40,994 nt of DNA from Leptolyngbyaceae cyanobacterium. Its GTDB lineage: Bacteria > Cyanobacteriota > Cyanobacteriia > Phormidesmidales > Phormidesmidaceae. The stretch lies in assembly GCA_050331235.1 (NCBI GenBank), contig JBHJHA010000023.1, positions 1 to 40,994 on the forward strand, given 5' to 3'. The position numbers were made by a program, and so were the translations under genes. Positions 28,066 through 39,375 of this stretch are shown here, piece after piece (the stretch's first letter is position 1; each line of letters begins with the position of its first letter). The notes under the pieces are model-generated. The model did no database searches. It was not told where the DNA came from and saw only the letters and a program-made list of their open reading frames with translations.

Positions 28066-29736
28066 TTAAGTCTCAATGCCATGGCTCTTGCCAATCACCC
28101 AGCTGCGGCGAAAATAGCGAGCCAAGCTTGATTCGTTGAGTGTGAGGCAAATAGGTCGCCCGTGGGGACAAGTTTGCGGTTTACGGGTACGCTGCCAGGC
28201 ATTCAAAATGTGCTGCTGCTGCTCGGAAGATAATGGAGTGCCATTGCGAATAGCGGTGCGGCAGGCGACTGCCACCAGTGCCCCCTGGTAGTCGTGGGCC
28301 TGACTGAGTTCCCGCAGCGCTGCCTCACAATCATCCCGGTCACGCAGCGGGGCGGGCACCGTTCGCACTGTCCACAGGTTTGGGCCAAAGGCGTCTACCA
28401 CAATGCCAATGCGTTCTAGCTGCTCCACCTGGGGCGGAGTGAAATTGGCCAAGATCAATGGGGTGTCAAGCTCGACAACTTCCCAGCGATCGCATAGCGC
28501 TTCGTATAGCACCCGCTCATGGGCAATATGCTGCTCGATCAAACATAGACCCGCCGGATGCTCCGCCAAAATATAGCGATTGTGCACTTGGGCGATCGCC
28601 TTGAGCATCAGAGGCGCGGCCTCGTTGGACTTTTCGGATGAGGATGAAGGTGAGTATGGCCCCGCCGGTTCGGCTAGCTTCAGCAGTTGAGTGAGGCGCT
28701 GGTGTCCTTCTCCAGGTGGGCGCTCGATTTGCGCCGCTTGCAAAATTTGCTGAATACTATCATCGATCGCCGTTTGCCACTGATCTAAATGTTGCAAAAA
28801 TACTTTTGATTAATTGGGCATGCGATGCCAGTCCACGTGATGAGGGGCAACCTGCAGCTGCAAAAAAGCCACGGGAAAGCGATCGCGGGGCAGCGATCGC
28901 CGCAGGCTAGCCAACACCTGTTCAGTAATTTCCGGCCAGTCCACTAGCCGGCCATTGAGTCCGGTAAATAGGGCATCCGGCCGACGGCGATGGCATCGAT
29001 CTGGCAGACCCAAGAGCAAGTAGAGGGTGCCATGGCCATCGGACAAGACGACTTCCCGCTGGTACTCTCGCAGACCCGTCACATCTAGGCGATGAAGGAT
29101 TTGGGGCAAGCGTTGCAGGGCGGTTGCTCCCGGCCACAGGGTAAACCAAGGCCGCTCATCGAGGCTGGCCTGCCAGGTCACCATGGGATGGCACAGAGCC
29201 AACTGCTGTAGCGCTTGCTGAATCGCCCGCAATTGCGATCGCAAGGACTGTCCCGGCTGCTGGCGCGACGGCATGGGATAAAACAGGTCTTCGACGAGGA
29301 CGCGGGTACCGGGTGCCATGGCTACGGGGGTGACTTGCATAGGTCGCCCAGTGCGATCGCAGCTCACACTGTAGCCGCTACTGTCTGCCCCTTGGCGTCG
29401 ACTGCAAAGGGTCAGCCGCGATAACCGACTGAGACTGTGCAGCGCTTCTCCCCGAAACCCCAAGCTGTGAATTTTCCAAAGGTCGGCTTTGCGGGTGAGC
29501 TTACTGGTACTGTGGGCGGTGGCTGCCTGCCGCAGATCGGCTAAGGATAATCCCTGACCATTATCGGTAACTTGGATATGCCAGGGCTGCGATCGCACCG
29601 CGACCCCGATGCGACTGGCACCGGCATCCAGGGAGTTTTCGACTAACTCGCGCACCACAGCAGCCGGCGAATCGATGACTTCCCCCGCCGCCATGAGCTG
29701 AATGACATCCTGTGGCAGTGGTTGAATCTCTGCCAT
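28066..29736 (-). pseudogene. mutL: DNA mismatch repair endonuclease MutL interrupted by an in-frame TAA at 28810-28812
   Basis: The N-terminal part has GHKL motifs (RELVENSLDAG, DNGQG, GFRGEAL). The C-terminal part has EQHIAHERVLYE, ACRTAIR and CPHGRP. Both ORFs are in the same frame: DWHRMPN*SKVFLQHLDQWQ. May be a sequencing error. Confidence 0.85.
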
Positions 29737-29832
29737 CTCCTATCCCCCCACCCAACAAAAAAGGTGAGCCGAATTGGCTCACCCCCCATGCTAACGAGAT
29801 TTGACACAGCGATTGAAGCCGCGATTGGCCCC

Positions 29833-30612
29833 TTACAAGATTTGCGATAGGAACTGCTTGGTGCGGTCTTCGGTGGGATGGTTGAAAAACGCATCCGGCG
29901 TATTTTCTTCCACCAGCATGCCGCTGTCCATCAACACGACGCGATCAGCGACCTCACGGGCAAAGCCGACTTCGTGGGTGACACAGACCATGGTCATACC
30001 TTCCTTTGCCAGGGTGCGCATAACGTCGAGTACCTCCCGCACCATTTCCGGGTCGAGGGCAGAAGTAGGCTCGTCAAACAGCATGACCTTGGGCTGCATC
30101 GCTAGGGAACGGGCGATCGCGACCCGCTGCTGCTGTCCCCCTGAGAGCTGCCCAGGATACTTTTGCGCCTGTTCTAAAATACCCACTCGCTCTAGCAGCT
30201 GCATCGCCACCTCTTGGGCTCTAGCTTTAGGCCAGCGGCGCACCCAAATGGGGGCCAACGTGACATTTTGCAATACCGTCAGGTGAGGAAACAAGTTGAA
30301 CTGCTGAAATACCATGCCGACTTCCCGGCGAATGGTCTCGATGTTTTTCAGGTCGTGGGAAATCAAGATGTCATCGACTTCGATGCTACCCTTTTGGTAA
30401 GGTTCCAGCGCATTAAACGTCCGAATAAAGGTCGATTTGCCTGACCCCGATGGCCCCATCACCACCAACACCTCACCCTTATAAACCGTGAGGCTGACTC
30501 CTTTGAGTACATGAAAGCCATTGTCGTACCATTTCTCAACGTCTTTAGCGACAATGACAGGCTCGCCAGTTTGCTCACGGGTGGAGGGGGTCTCGGTCTG
30601 AAACTGAGTCAT
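29833..30612 (-). CDS. bgtA: Polar amino-acid ABC transporter ATP-binding subunit (BgtA/AapP-like)
   Basis: Motifs [48 protein letters not shown] and [14 protein letters not shown]. Confidence 0.88.
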   Translation of the reverse strand: MTQFQTETPSTREQTGEPVIVAKDVEKWYDNGFHVLKGVSLTVYKGEVLVVMGPSGSGKSTFIRTFNALEPYQKGSIEVDDILISHDLKNIETIRREVGMVFQQFNLFPHLTVLQNVTLAPIWVRRWPKARAQEVAMQLLERVGILEQAQKYPGQLSGGQQQRVAIARSLAMQPKVMLFDEPTSALDPEMVREVLDVMRTLAKEGMTMVCVTHEVGFAREVADRVVLMDSGMLVEENTPDAFFNHPTEDRTKQFLSQIL

Positions 30613-30888
30613 GGATCAAATCTCTAAAACAGGAAATTAAGCAGAAAAAGATTAAGATGAGCCGCTCGCTAGCGATCGCTAACGTATGAACCCGATGCCC
30701 ACATTGTGCAATACGATATCTGTCAGTTAGCATCTAGGCTGTCAACTGTTACACGAATTGATCTAGACGCGATCGCAATGGGCTGATCAAAGCTCGAAAA
30801 CATCAGTTTTTGGGGCTGTCAAAAGTATTGCTAAACAGTCGCCAAGGCGCTTTTCTGACAAGCATTGGGAAACTGATAAGGGGCTAAG

Positions 30889-32103
30889 TTAATGCCCCGT
30901 ATTGAGTTTTTCTTCAATTTTGCGGCTGCCGTAGGACATGGCATAACAAAAGAACCAGTACAGGATGCCGATAAACAAATAAACCTCGGCGTATCGACCT
31001 AGATAGTTAGGGTTGGCTAAAATCGAGCGGCTGATTCCCAACAGCTCTGCCAGTCCCACAATTGACAACAGCGTGGTGTCTTGAAATAAGCTGATGAACT
31101 GACCCACGATGGCCGGAATGGCGATTTTCAATGCCTGAGGCAACACGATAAAGCTCAGCGTGAGGGGGGTATTCAGACCTAGGGCGGCAGCAGCCTCCTG
31201 TTGGCCCCGGGGCACCGCCTGAAGCCCCGCCCGAACGTTTTCCGCCAGATAGGCCGCACTAAAGATGGTCAGTCCGATGATGGCCCGTAACACCCGATCA
31301 GGTCGCATCCCTTCGGGCAAAAACAGCGGAATCATCACCTGCCCCATGAACAATATGGCAATCAGTGGAACGCCACGGATGAGCTCGATGTAAGCGATCG
31401 AGAGCCATTTCACAATGGGTAAACTGCTGCGACGACCCAGCGCCAGCAATACCCCTAGGGGAAAACACAGAGCAATGCCGCTGACGGCCATCAGGAGGGT
31501 CAGCACCAAGCCGCCCCAATCGTTGGTTGAGACATCCTCTAAACCCAACCCGCCGCCAATCAGCCAAATCGCAACGAAGTAGGAGATAAACCACAGCAGG
31601 CTAATCCACTTCCCTAGACCTGGCCGCTGCTGTCCCACCAGTCGCCCAACCCAAGCCCCAGCTGCGACTAGAGCCACCATCAGTAATAACTTCGGACTGC
31701 TAGGTCGCGTTGGCGGAAAAATTACGAATCCAGCACAGACGACGGCCAAGCCAATTAATACATTGCGGCTAAAGAGATTCGGCAGGTTGCGGGAAAGTAA
31801 GCCCCACGAAAGCCCCGCCAATGTGCACACAATTCCTAATAGAATCCAGATGCGCCAGTAAGCCTCCGCTGGATACAGTCCGGTCATAAAGAGGCCGACA
31901 TTATTAGGAATGACAGCCCACTGGGCCACCCTCAGCGCCCAGTTGAGAATGCTGTAAATGCCATAAATGAGGATTGCCAGCACTGCGACGGTCAGCAGAC
32001 TGTTAAAAAAGTCGCTGAACAGATTTTTTTTGAGCCAGGCTTGGGCGGCCTGCAGTTTGGAGGGAGTGGAGCCTGAAATTGTATCCGGCGTCGTTGTGGT
32101 CAT
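30889..32103 (-). CDS. natH: Amino-acid ABC transporter permease (NatH/AapM-like)
   Basis: Motifs WGGLVLTL, YIELIRGVPLI, EAA loop AYLAENVRAGLQAVPRGQQEAA and FQDTTL. Confidence 0.85.
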   Translation of the reverse strand: MTTTTPDTISGSTPSKLQAAQAWLKKNLFSDFFNSLLTVAVLAILIYGIYSILNWALRVAQWAVIPNNVGLFMTGLYPAEAYWRIWILLGIVCTLAGLSWGLLSRNLPNLFSRNVLIGLAVVCAGFVIFPPTRPSSPKLLLMVALVAAGAWVGRLVGQQRPGLGKWISLLWFISYFVAIWLIGGGLGLEDVSTNDWGGLVLTLLMAVSGIALCFPLGVLLALGRRSSLPIVKWLSIAYIELIRGVPLIAILFMGQVMIPLFLPEGMRPDRVLRAIIGLTIFSAAYLAENVRAGLQAVPRGQQEAAAALGLNTPLTLSFIVLPQALKIAIPAIVGQFISLFQDTTLLSIVGLAELLGISRSILANPNYLGRYAEVYLFIGILYWFFCYAMSYGSRKIEEKLNTGH

Positions 32104-32106
32104 CGT

Positions 32107-33285
32107 CTAACGCTCCTTAAACTGCACAGCTTGGTTTAGCGTATTCATCCCCAGGGTGATAATGAGGTTGATGATGAGATAAGTGGCCATCAGCACCAAA
32201 AAGACTTCAATCGGGCGACCAGTTTGGTTAAAGGTCGTATTGGCCACGGAGTAAAGCTCTGGAAAGGCCACGGCAAAGGCAAGGGAGGAGTTCTTGGCTA
32301 GGTTCATAAACTCACTATTCAGGGGGGGGATGATCACCCGTAGCGCTTGGGGAAAGATTACCAACCGCATCACCAGTCCTGGTTTGAGTCCCATTGACCG
32401 TGCTGCTTCCCACTGCCCCCTGGAAACAGACTGAATACCCGCGCGCACAATCTCGGCAATAAATGCCCCAGTGTAAAACACCAATGCGGTCAAAGCTGCA
32501 ACGTATTCCCGTGAGAGCCGAATGCCGCCAGTAGCGCCGCCGCCCTCCTGGACCTCGGGGGCTTGCCAACCGAGCGCAAAGAAGAAGATACCAAGACCCG
32601 CAATCGCCAGTCCCCCCAAAATCATTAGCTGTGTTTGACCGCTACCTCCCTGCTCAACCATGACTTTGGTGCGCCACTGCCACACCAAGAAGGCGGCGAC
32701 GATGATGCCAATCACAACAGCGAGCCAAGCCAGAGCTCCTCCCCCTTGGGGCCAAGGCAGATAAACCCCGCGCTTACTCGCCACCAAAAAGCCCCCCAAG
32801 TTAATCTGGGCCTCAGGCAAAGGAAGCGCCCCATAAATAGCGAAATACCAGAAGAATAACTGTAGAAGCAGCGGCACGTTGCGGGTTAGCCCGACGTAGG
32901 CGCGGCTAATTTTGTGGACTAACCAGTTGGGAGAAAAGCTCGAAACGCCAGCTAGCACCCCGGTGATGGTCGCCAGAATGATGCCGGCAATGACCAATGT
33001 GATCGTGTTGACTAAGCCCACCAGCAAAGCTTTGCCGTAGGGGTCATTAGGGCGATATTCCAGGGCGCTTTCACCAATACTGAAACCGGCTGGGTTCGAT
33101 AGAAAGCCAAAGCCGAAGTCAATATTTTGCCTTTCTAGGTTGGCCTGCAGATTGATTAAAAAGTAACTGATAATACCGACAACGATCGCGAGGACGATGA
33201 CTTGGAAGGCGATTTTCCAAAAGCGATCGTCCCGCAGAAGTTGCTTAAAACTAAAGCTCTTTGATTTGTCAGCGTTGCTAACCAT
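32107..33285 (-). CDS. natG: Amino-acid ABC transporter permease (NatG/AapQ-like)
   Basis: Motifs FGFLSNPAGFSIGE, RNVPLLLQLFFWY, AEIVRAGIQSVSRGQWEAA and KNSSLA. ATG 33285 avoids overlap with the upstream gene. Confidence 0.85.
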   Translation of the reverse strand: MVSNADKSKSFSFKQLLRDDRFWKIAFQVIVLAIVVGIISYFLINLQANLERQNIDFGFGFLSNPAGFSIGESALEYRPNDPYGKALLVGLVNTITLVIAGIILATITGVLAGVSSFSPNWLVHKISRAYVGLTRNVPLLLQLFFWYFAIYGALPLPEAQINLGGFLVASKRGVYLPWPQGGGALAWLAVVIGIIVAAFLVWQWRTKVMVEQGGSGQTQLMILGGLAIAGLGIFFFALGWQAPEVQEGGGATGGIRLSREYVAALTALVFYTGAFIAEIVRAGIQSVSRGQWEAARSMGLKPGLVMRLVIFPQALRVIIPPLNSEFMNLAKNSSLAFAVAFPELYSVANTTFNQTGRPIEVFLVLMATYLIINLIITLGMNTLNQAVQFKER

Positions 33286-33355
33286 CGGTGCACGGGTTCC
33301 AACAGGGGACAAAAGGGCCAAGATATTCGGCCTCAATTTTTTTGACTCTATGACA

Positions 33356-33398
33356 AAACTACTGGCAAGAAAAGTTGTACCTGTTACGTGTGGATACA
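33356..33398 (-). promoter_or_regulatory. Putative NtcA-activated promoter for natG-natH
   Basis: Minus strand reads tGTA-TCCACACG-TAA (33397-33384), then exactly 22 nt, then TAGTTT (33361-33356). This is one mismatch from GTA-N8-TAC-N22-TAN3T. Confidence 0.55.
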
Positions 33399-33448
33399 AA
33401 CCGCCTAGGTTGCCAAAGTATAGTCGGCCTTCGAGTGTCTCTATTGCA

Positions 33449-34807
33449 CTATGGATTGTCGGCCTCTGGCGCAGCGTCTCGACCAAACGTAATATTTTCG
33501 AGGCTTTCTCCGGGGGGCAGATCCACAAATACGCGATCGCCCGCTGATACCCCTTCCAAAATCTGAATCTGATTGCCCGCCTGTGACCCCAGGGAAACCG
33601 GCTGAAACTTCAGCCGGCCCCGGGCCCCGGGAACGAGCACACCGGACTGTCCCTGCTGGGTGACGATCGCCACCGTCGGTACGACCAGAGCATCGCTCAC
33701 TTCGTTCCCGACAAAAGCCACAGTGACATTCATGTTCGAGAGCAATACCGCCTGCCCAGATTGCAGTTCCACCCGCACTTGAAACAGCGTGACGTTTTGT
33801 CGCTCGATCGCCTCTGGCGCAATCAGCCGGACCACACCTTCAAACACCTGGTCGGGATAGGCATCCGCCACAATTTCAACCGCCTGGCCGGGCCGAATTT
33901 TGGCGATATCGGCCTCGGGCACTTCAGCTAAGACTTCTAAATCGCTGGCGATCGCGACAATCGCCGTAGACGTGGCGGAAGTTGCTTCTGAGGCCGAGGT
34001 TGTAGGCGTTACAAAGGCCCCTTCGTTGGCAAACTTTTGGGTGACAATACCGCCAAAGGGCGCCCGAATCTGAGTGTCCCCGAACTGCACTTCAGCGGCG
34101 GCGAGTTGCGCCTCAGCCTGGGCCAAACGAGCTTCGGCTTGGGCGATCACTTCGGCCCGGGGTTCATTCCGCAAATCCGCCAACCGTTCTTCGCTCTCGC
34201 GGACTTGGAACTGCGAGCGCTCCAGCGCGGCGCGGGCGCTCTGCACCCCCTGCACAAAATTGTCCAGTTCGTTGCTAGAAATAGCCCCCTGCTCCGCTAA
34301 CGCCTGGTTGCGTTGCAGCTGAGACTCCGCGAGGTCAAGCCGTGCCTGCTGATCCCGCACCTGAGCTGCCGCTGACTCCACGGCAGCCTCAGCCTGGGCG
34401 ATCGCTTCGGCATCGCTCCCCCGCCGGATATCCGCCAGGTTAGCCCTAGCTTCGGCCACGGCGGCGGTTTGTAGTTGGACCTGGGTAGCTTCAGTACGGC
34501 TTTCCATCTGAGCAATCAGCTGCCCAGCCACAACGCGATCGCCCTGCTCCACCAATAACTGCTCAAGAATGCCAGAGGTTTTGGGACTCAAGTTAACCGT
34601 TTGGACTGGCTCGACGGTACCGCTTGCCGTAATCCGCACCGTTAGCGCCGCGGCCTCAACCGGCACGGTCAGAGCCTCTAAGTCATAGCCTGCATCCCGA
34701 CTGCGGATCACCCAGCCGATGGCCCCCAGCCCAACAAGCAGCGCTCCTACAATCCCTATCGCCCAGAACAATGGACGGCGAACCTTACCAACTACAGGAA
34801 CCTGCAT
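33449..34807 (-). CDS. Stand-alone efflux periplasmic adaptor (MacA/HlyD family), paralogue of 1794-3098
   Basis: Motifs VRITASGTVEPVQTVNLSPK, IRAPFGGIVTQ, VTPTTSASEATSATS and EVPEADIAKI. Confidence 0.92.
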   Translation of the reverse strand: MQVPVVGKVRRPLFWAIGIVGALLVGLGAIGWVIRSRDAGYDLEALTVPVEAAALTVRITASGTVEPVQTVNLSPKTSGILEQLLVEQGDRVVAGQLIAQMESRTEATQVQLQTAAVAEARANLADIRRGSDAEAIAQAEAAVESAAAQVRDQQARLDLAESQLQRNQALAEQGAISSNELDNFVQGVQSARAALERSQFQVRESEERLADLRNEPRAEVIAQAEARLAQAEAQLAAAEVQFGDTQIRAPFGGIVTQKFANEGAFVTPTTSASEATSATSTAIVAIASDLEVLAEVPEADIAKIRPGQAVEIVADAYPDQVFEGVVRLIAPEAIERQNVTLFQVRVELQSGQAVLLSNMNVTVAFVGNEVSDALVVPTVAIVTQQGQSGVLVPGARGRLKFQPVSLGSQAGNQIQILEGVSAGDRVFVDLPPGESLENITFGRDAAPEADNP

Positions 34808-34946
34808 GAAGTCAACCTGTCTCAACTCTCTTGGTCACACCGCTTTACTATAGCGATGCGGTACTGGCTCTGTGGGGCCTCTAGCGGTTTAACGAACAGC
34901 TCATCTGGGACATACCCTCGGGTCAAGCACTAAGGGTGACCACTGG

Positions 34947-35723
34947 CTACAACCAACTTTGCATCACAACCATTGAGCACAGCAGCAGCGTTTCAGTGCT
35001 TTCAACGATGGCTCCATAGGTATCTCCGGTCTGTCCGCCCAGTTCTCGCTGTAGCCAAGCCCCTGTTCCAACTGCAACGCCAATGCCACTGAGGGTGACG
35101 GCAACTAGCCATGATCGGTCAGCTGGAGCAATCGCCATCGCTGCTCCGGTCATCGCCAACAAGGGAACGAACCCCCACAGCCAGTCGGTGGCAGTTTGGG
35201 CATGGTCTTTGTGCAAAGCGCCTTTGCCCCCAGGACGCAAATAGGGATAGCGGGCGATCGCGACGACCTGCCCCCAACGTCCCCAAGCCGCGACCAGGGG
35301 CAAGCTGACCCAGCGTAGGGTAGCCAAATCCATGAGACAGAATGCCTTTAAACCCAAAATCAAGATCGCGGTCATAACCCCGAAGGCCCCAGTCCGACTG
35401 TCTGCCATCACTGCCAAGCGCCGGGTTGAGTCTGGTACTGATAAGCCATCGGCCGTATCCATGGCGCCATCTAGGTGCAGCCCCCCGGTCAGCCACAGCC
35501 ACAGGGCCACAAGCAAACCACTACGAGTCGCCACCGGCACCATGAGCAGGGTCAATCCGAGGTCAACCCCAGCAAGTATCCCACCAATACCCATGCCAAC
35601 GACAGGGGCAAATCGAGCTATCCCCACAAAACTCATGGGCCAATGGTGGGGAAGGGGGATACGCGTATAAAATGTCACCGCTCCTAGCAATTGCTTTCCC
35701 CAGCGGCGTGGAAAGAACAGCAT
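34947..35723 (-). CDS. cobS: Adenosylcobinamide-GDP ribazoletransferase (cobalamin synthase)
   Basis: Motifs FYTRIP, TGGLHLDGAMDTADG, MADSRTGAFG and GGQTGDTYGA. Confidence 0.95.
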   Translation of the reverse strand: MLFFPRRWGKQLLGAVTFYTRIPLPHHWPMSFVGIARFAPVVGMGIGGILAGVDLGLTLLMVPVATRSGLLVALWLWLTGGLHLDGAMDTADGLSVPDSTRRLAVMADSRTGAFGVMTAILILGLKAFCLMDLATLRWVSLPLVAAWGRWGQVVAIARYPYLRPGGKGALHKDHAQTATDWLWGFVPLLAMTGAAMAIAPADRSWLVAVTLSGIGVAVGTGAWLQRELGGQTGDTYGAIVESTETLLLCSMVVMQSWL

Positions 35724-36198
35724 GCGATCGCCCCTACGAAAACTCCACAAACAACATAATTCTTGAACTTATGGAAATGATGTGAATGATGCAATCTCGA
35801 CTCATCGAATGACCCATTTACCATGGGCTACTAGATATAGAGTCGCATGACTTTCTGATCGTCTAGATGGGCTATTTGTCTCCTTGGAAACAACCTGAAA
35901 CCGACAGCCATGGTTGTCTCAAAGCGCTTGCCAAGACCGCCCGCTTCTCAGCCTTTGAGCTATTTTCCGCTGATCTGCCACATCTCAGCAAAACTAATTC
36001 GCAAAGCCGGAATCAATTCTCCTGATTAGATCTTGGCCCTAAAAAAGACGGGTTTTTTACCGTCGGAGGCCTCTAAAACTAGAAAACCGTCCTATTTCGG
36101 AGTTCCATATCAAGATGATCGACTATCGTGGATATAGGCCGTTAGAAAAACTGGAAATTTCCACTTTTTTGGCCAAAGTTTGCACTTGTGATAGTCCC

Positions 36199-36651
36199 AT
36201 GACCCACGATTCTGCTGGCTTGCCCAATGTGCCTGCGCCATGTCTGGTTGATCACGGCATTGTAGTAAATAAGGCGGACATGCTGAGGCTTCTCAACGAT
36301 TTGGGTCAGGTGGCCTACACTGACGTTCATTTCAAAGACGTCTTGAGCCAGGGCACGGGCTACGTAATGGATGTGTTTGCCGAACCTGGCGTTTCAACTT
36401 TGGTCGCCAATCAAAGCCTTTATCTCAACGTTTGTAGCTTTGACTACATCCAGCTAGAAAAGTTGCCTGATGACAAGGCCTGTTTCAAGCTCTATCAGGA
36501 TAGCCGCTGCTTGCAGCTAGTGCCCCTGACCACGCCCATCAAAGAGCACACAGAGCGCAACATTGACACAGTAGCGCTAGAGGCGATCGTAGCCGAAGCC
36601 CTCTCCGCCAGTTGGGATGCTTGTTTGGACGACGATGGCCCGCTAGCTTAG
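36199..36651 (+). CDS. Conserved cyanobacterial hypothetical protein
   Basis: PCLVDHGIVVNKADMLRLLNDLG and TLVANQSLYLNVCSFDY resemble a family I recall from cyanobacteria; function unknown. Alternative start 36115. Confidence 0.75.
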   Translation: MTHDSAGLPNVPAPCLVDHGIVVNKADMLRLLNDLGQVAYTDVHFKDVLSQGTGYVMDVFAEPGVSTLVANQSLYLNVCSFDYIQLEKLPDDKACFKLYQDSRCLQLVPLTTPIKEHTERNIDTVALEAIVAEALSASWDACLDDDGPLA

Positions 36652-36675
36652 TCAGCCTGTGTCGGAGTAGCGACT

Positions 36676-37803
36676 TTGAAAAATTTTGAGTATCAGGTGG
36701 ATGCGACCTGCCGTCAGACATTGGCGCGAGCTGGTCGATTTCAAACGCCCCACGGCTTAGTGGAAACGCCGCGCTTTATGCCGGTGGGCACGCTGGCCAA
36801 TGTCAAAACGGTCACTCCTGACCAGCTACAGCAGACCGAGGCACAGATGGTGCTGGCGAATACTTACCATCTCCATCTGCAACCGGGCGAAGCGCTGGTC
36901 GCAGCGGCGGGGGGAGTGCATCAGTTCATGGGATGGCCGAGGCCCATGCTGACTGATTCAGGCGGGTTTCAGGTGTTTAGCCTAAGCGATATTCGCACCA
37001 TTTCTGAAACCGGAGTGAAGTTTCGATCCCCCCGCGATGGTCGCATCATCAATATGACGCCAGAAGAGTCCATCCGGATACAAAATGCCTTAGGGGCGGA
37101 CGTCATCATGGCGTTTGACGAATGCCCCCCCTATCCCGCCAGTCGAGAAGCGGTGGAGGTGGCGACCGACCGCACCTATCGCTGGCTCAAGCGGTGCATT
37201 GAGGCTCACCAACGTCCTGACCAGGCACTCTTTGGCATTGTACAAGGGGGCGTTTACCTGGACCTGCGGGAGCAGGCCGCCGCCCAGTTGACCCAGTTGG
37301 ATCTGCCTGGGTATGCCATCGGCGGCGTCAGCGTGGGTGAACCACCCGAACTGATCGAAAAAATTGTGCTGGCTACCACCCCGCAACTCCCGGCCCATAA
37401 GCCTCGCTATTTGATGGGAGTGGGCACCCATAAAGAAATGGTGCAGGCGATCGCTGCCGGCATGGATTTATTTGACTGTGTAATTCCCACGCGGCTGGCA
37501 CGTCATGGCACCGCCATTGTGCAGGGAGATCGCTGGAATTTGAAAAACGCGCGCTTTCGTCGAGATCTGACGCCGCTGGACGAATCCTGCCCCTGCTATA
37601 CCTGCCAAACCTTCACCCGGGCTTACCTCTGCCACTTGATCCACGCCCATGAAACCTTGGCCCACACCCTCCTGTCTATTCACAACATCACGGCCCTAGT
37701 GAGCTTTACCCAGCGCATTCGCACCGCCATCTTGAAGGATCGATTCGTTGAAGAATTTGGCGACTGGCTAGCCCCAGCCCAAACCCAATTCATGCAGCCA
37801 TAG
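36676..37803 (+). CDS. tgt: Queuine tRNA-ribosyltransferase
   Basis: Motifs [35 protein letters not shown] and Zn site CPCYTC; TTG start with GGAG upstream. Confidence 0.97.
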   Translation: MKNFEYQVDATCRQTLARAGRFQTPHGLVETPRFMPVGTLANVKTVTPDQLQQTEAQMVLANTYHLHLQPGEALVAAAGGVHQFMGWPRPMLTDSGGFQVFSLSDIRTISETGVKFRSPRDGRIINMTPEESIRIQNALGADVIMAFDECPPYPASREAVEVATDRTYRWLKRCIEAHQRPDQALFGIVQGGVYLDLREQAAAQLTQLDLPGYAIGGVSVGEPPELIEKIVLATTPQLPAHKPRYLMGVGTHKEMVQAIAAGMDLFDCVIPTRLARHGTAIVQGDRWNLKNARFRRDLTPLDESCPCYTCQTFTRAYLCHLIHAHETLAHTLLSIHNITALVSFTQRIRTAILKDRFVEEFGDWLAPAQTQFMQP

Positions 37804-37885
37804 ACTTAGATCCGCCTTGACTAATTTCGAGCACGCTTCATCTTGGCAAAGGCGTGATACCCTGACATGCTGATAATGACACTGA

Positions 37886-39184
<1,299 letters not shown>

Positions 39185-39375
39185 AACCATCGCGGCATCT
39201 GGATTCAAACAGTTATCGCCCACCAGTCTCGCACCCATCCCTTACATCCCCTATCCAAAAACCACACCTGAGGAGCCGCGATCCCCAATTTTGGCCTCTC
39301 CAAACCAAGTTTGCGGTGATAAACGGTGTAGCCCGATAGAATAAGAAAACGTATTTGTCACAACATTTAGAATCT

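Noticed and set aside
28797..28812. Programmed frameshift, or selenocysteine/pyrrolysine recoding, in mutL
   Set aside because: The halves are in the same frame, and the stop is TAA, which Sec and Pyl systems do not recode.
33286..33528. 81-aa N-terminal extension of natG in the ORF track
   Set aside because: It overlaps the upstream gene and the putative promoter; ATG 33285 fits the family.
35724..36198. Cobalamin or glutamine riboswitch, or a ~52-aa small ORF, upstream of cobS
   Set aside because: No B12-box or glnA-motif consensus seen; the small ORF has no SD or recognisable similarity.
39232..39262. CCCATCC/CATCCCC-like short repeats after serS (similar C-rich tracts flank mutL)
   Set aside because: Too short and degenerate to call a STRR array; no CRISPR-like repeat-spacer periodicity anywhere in the window.
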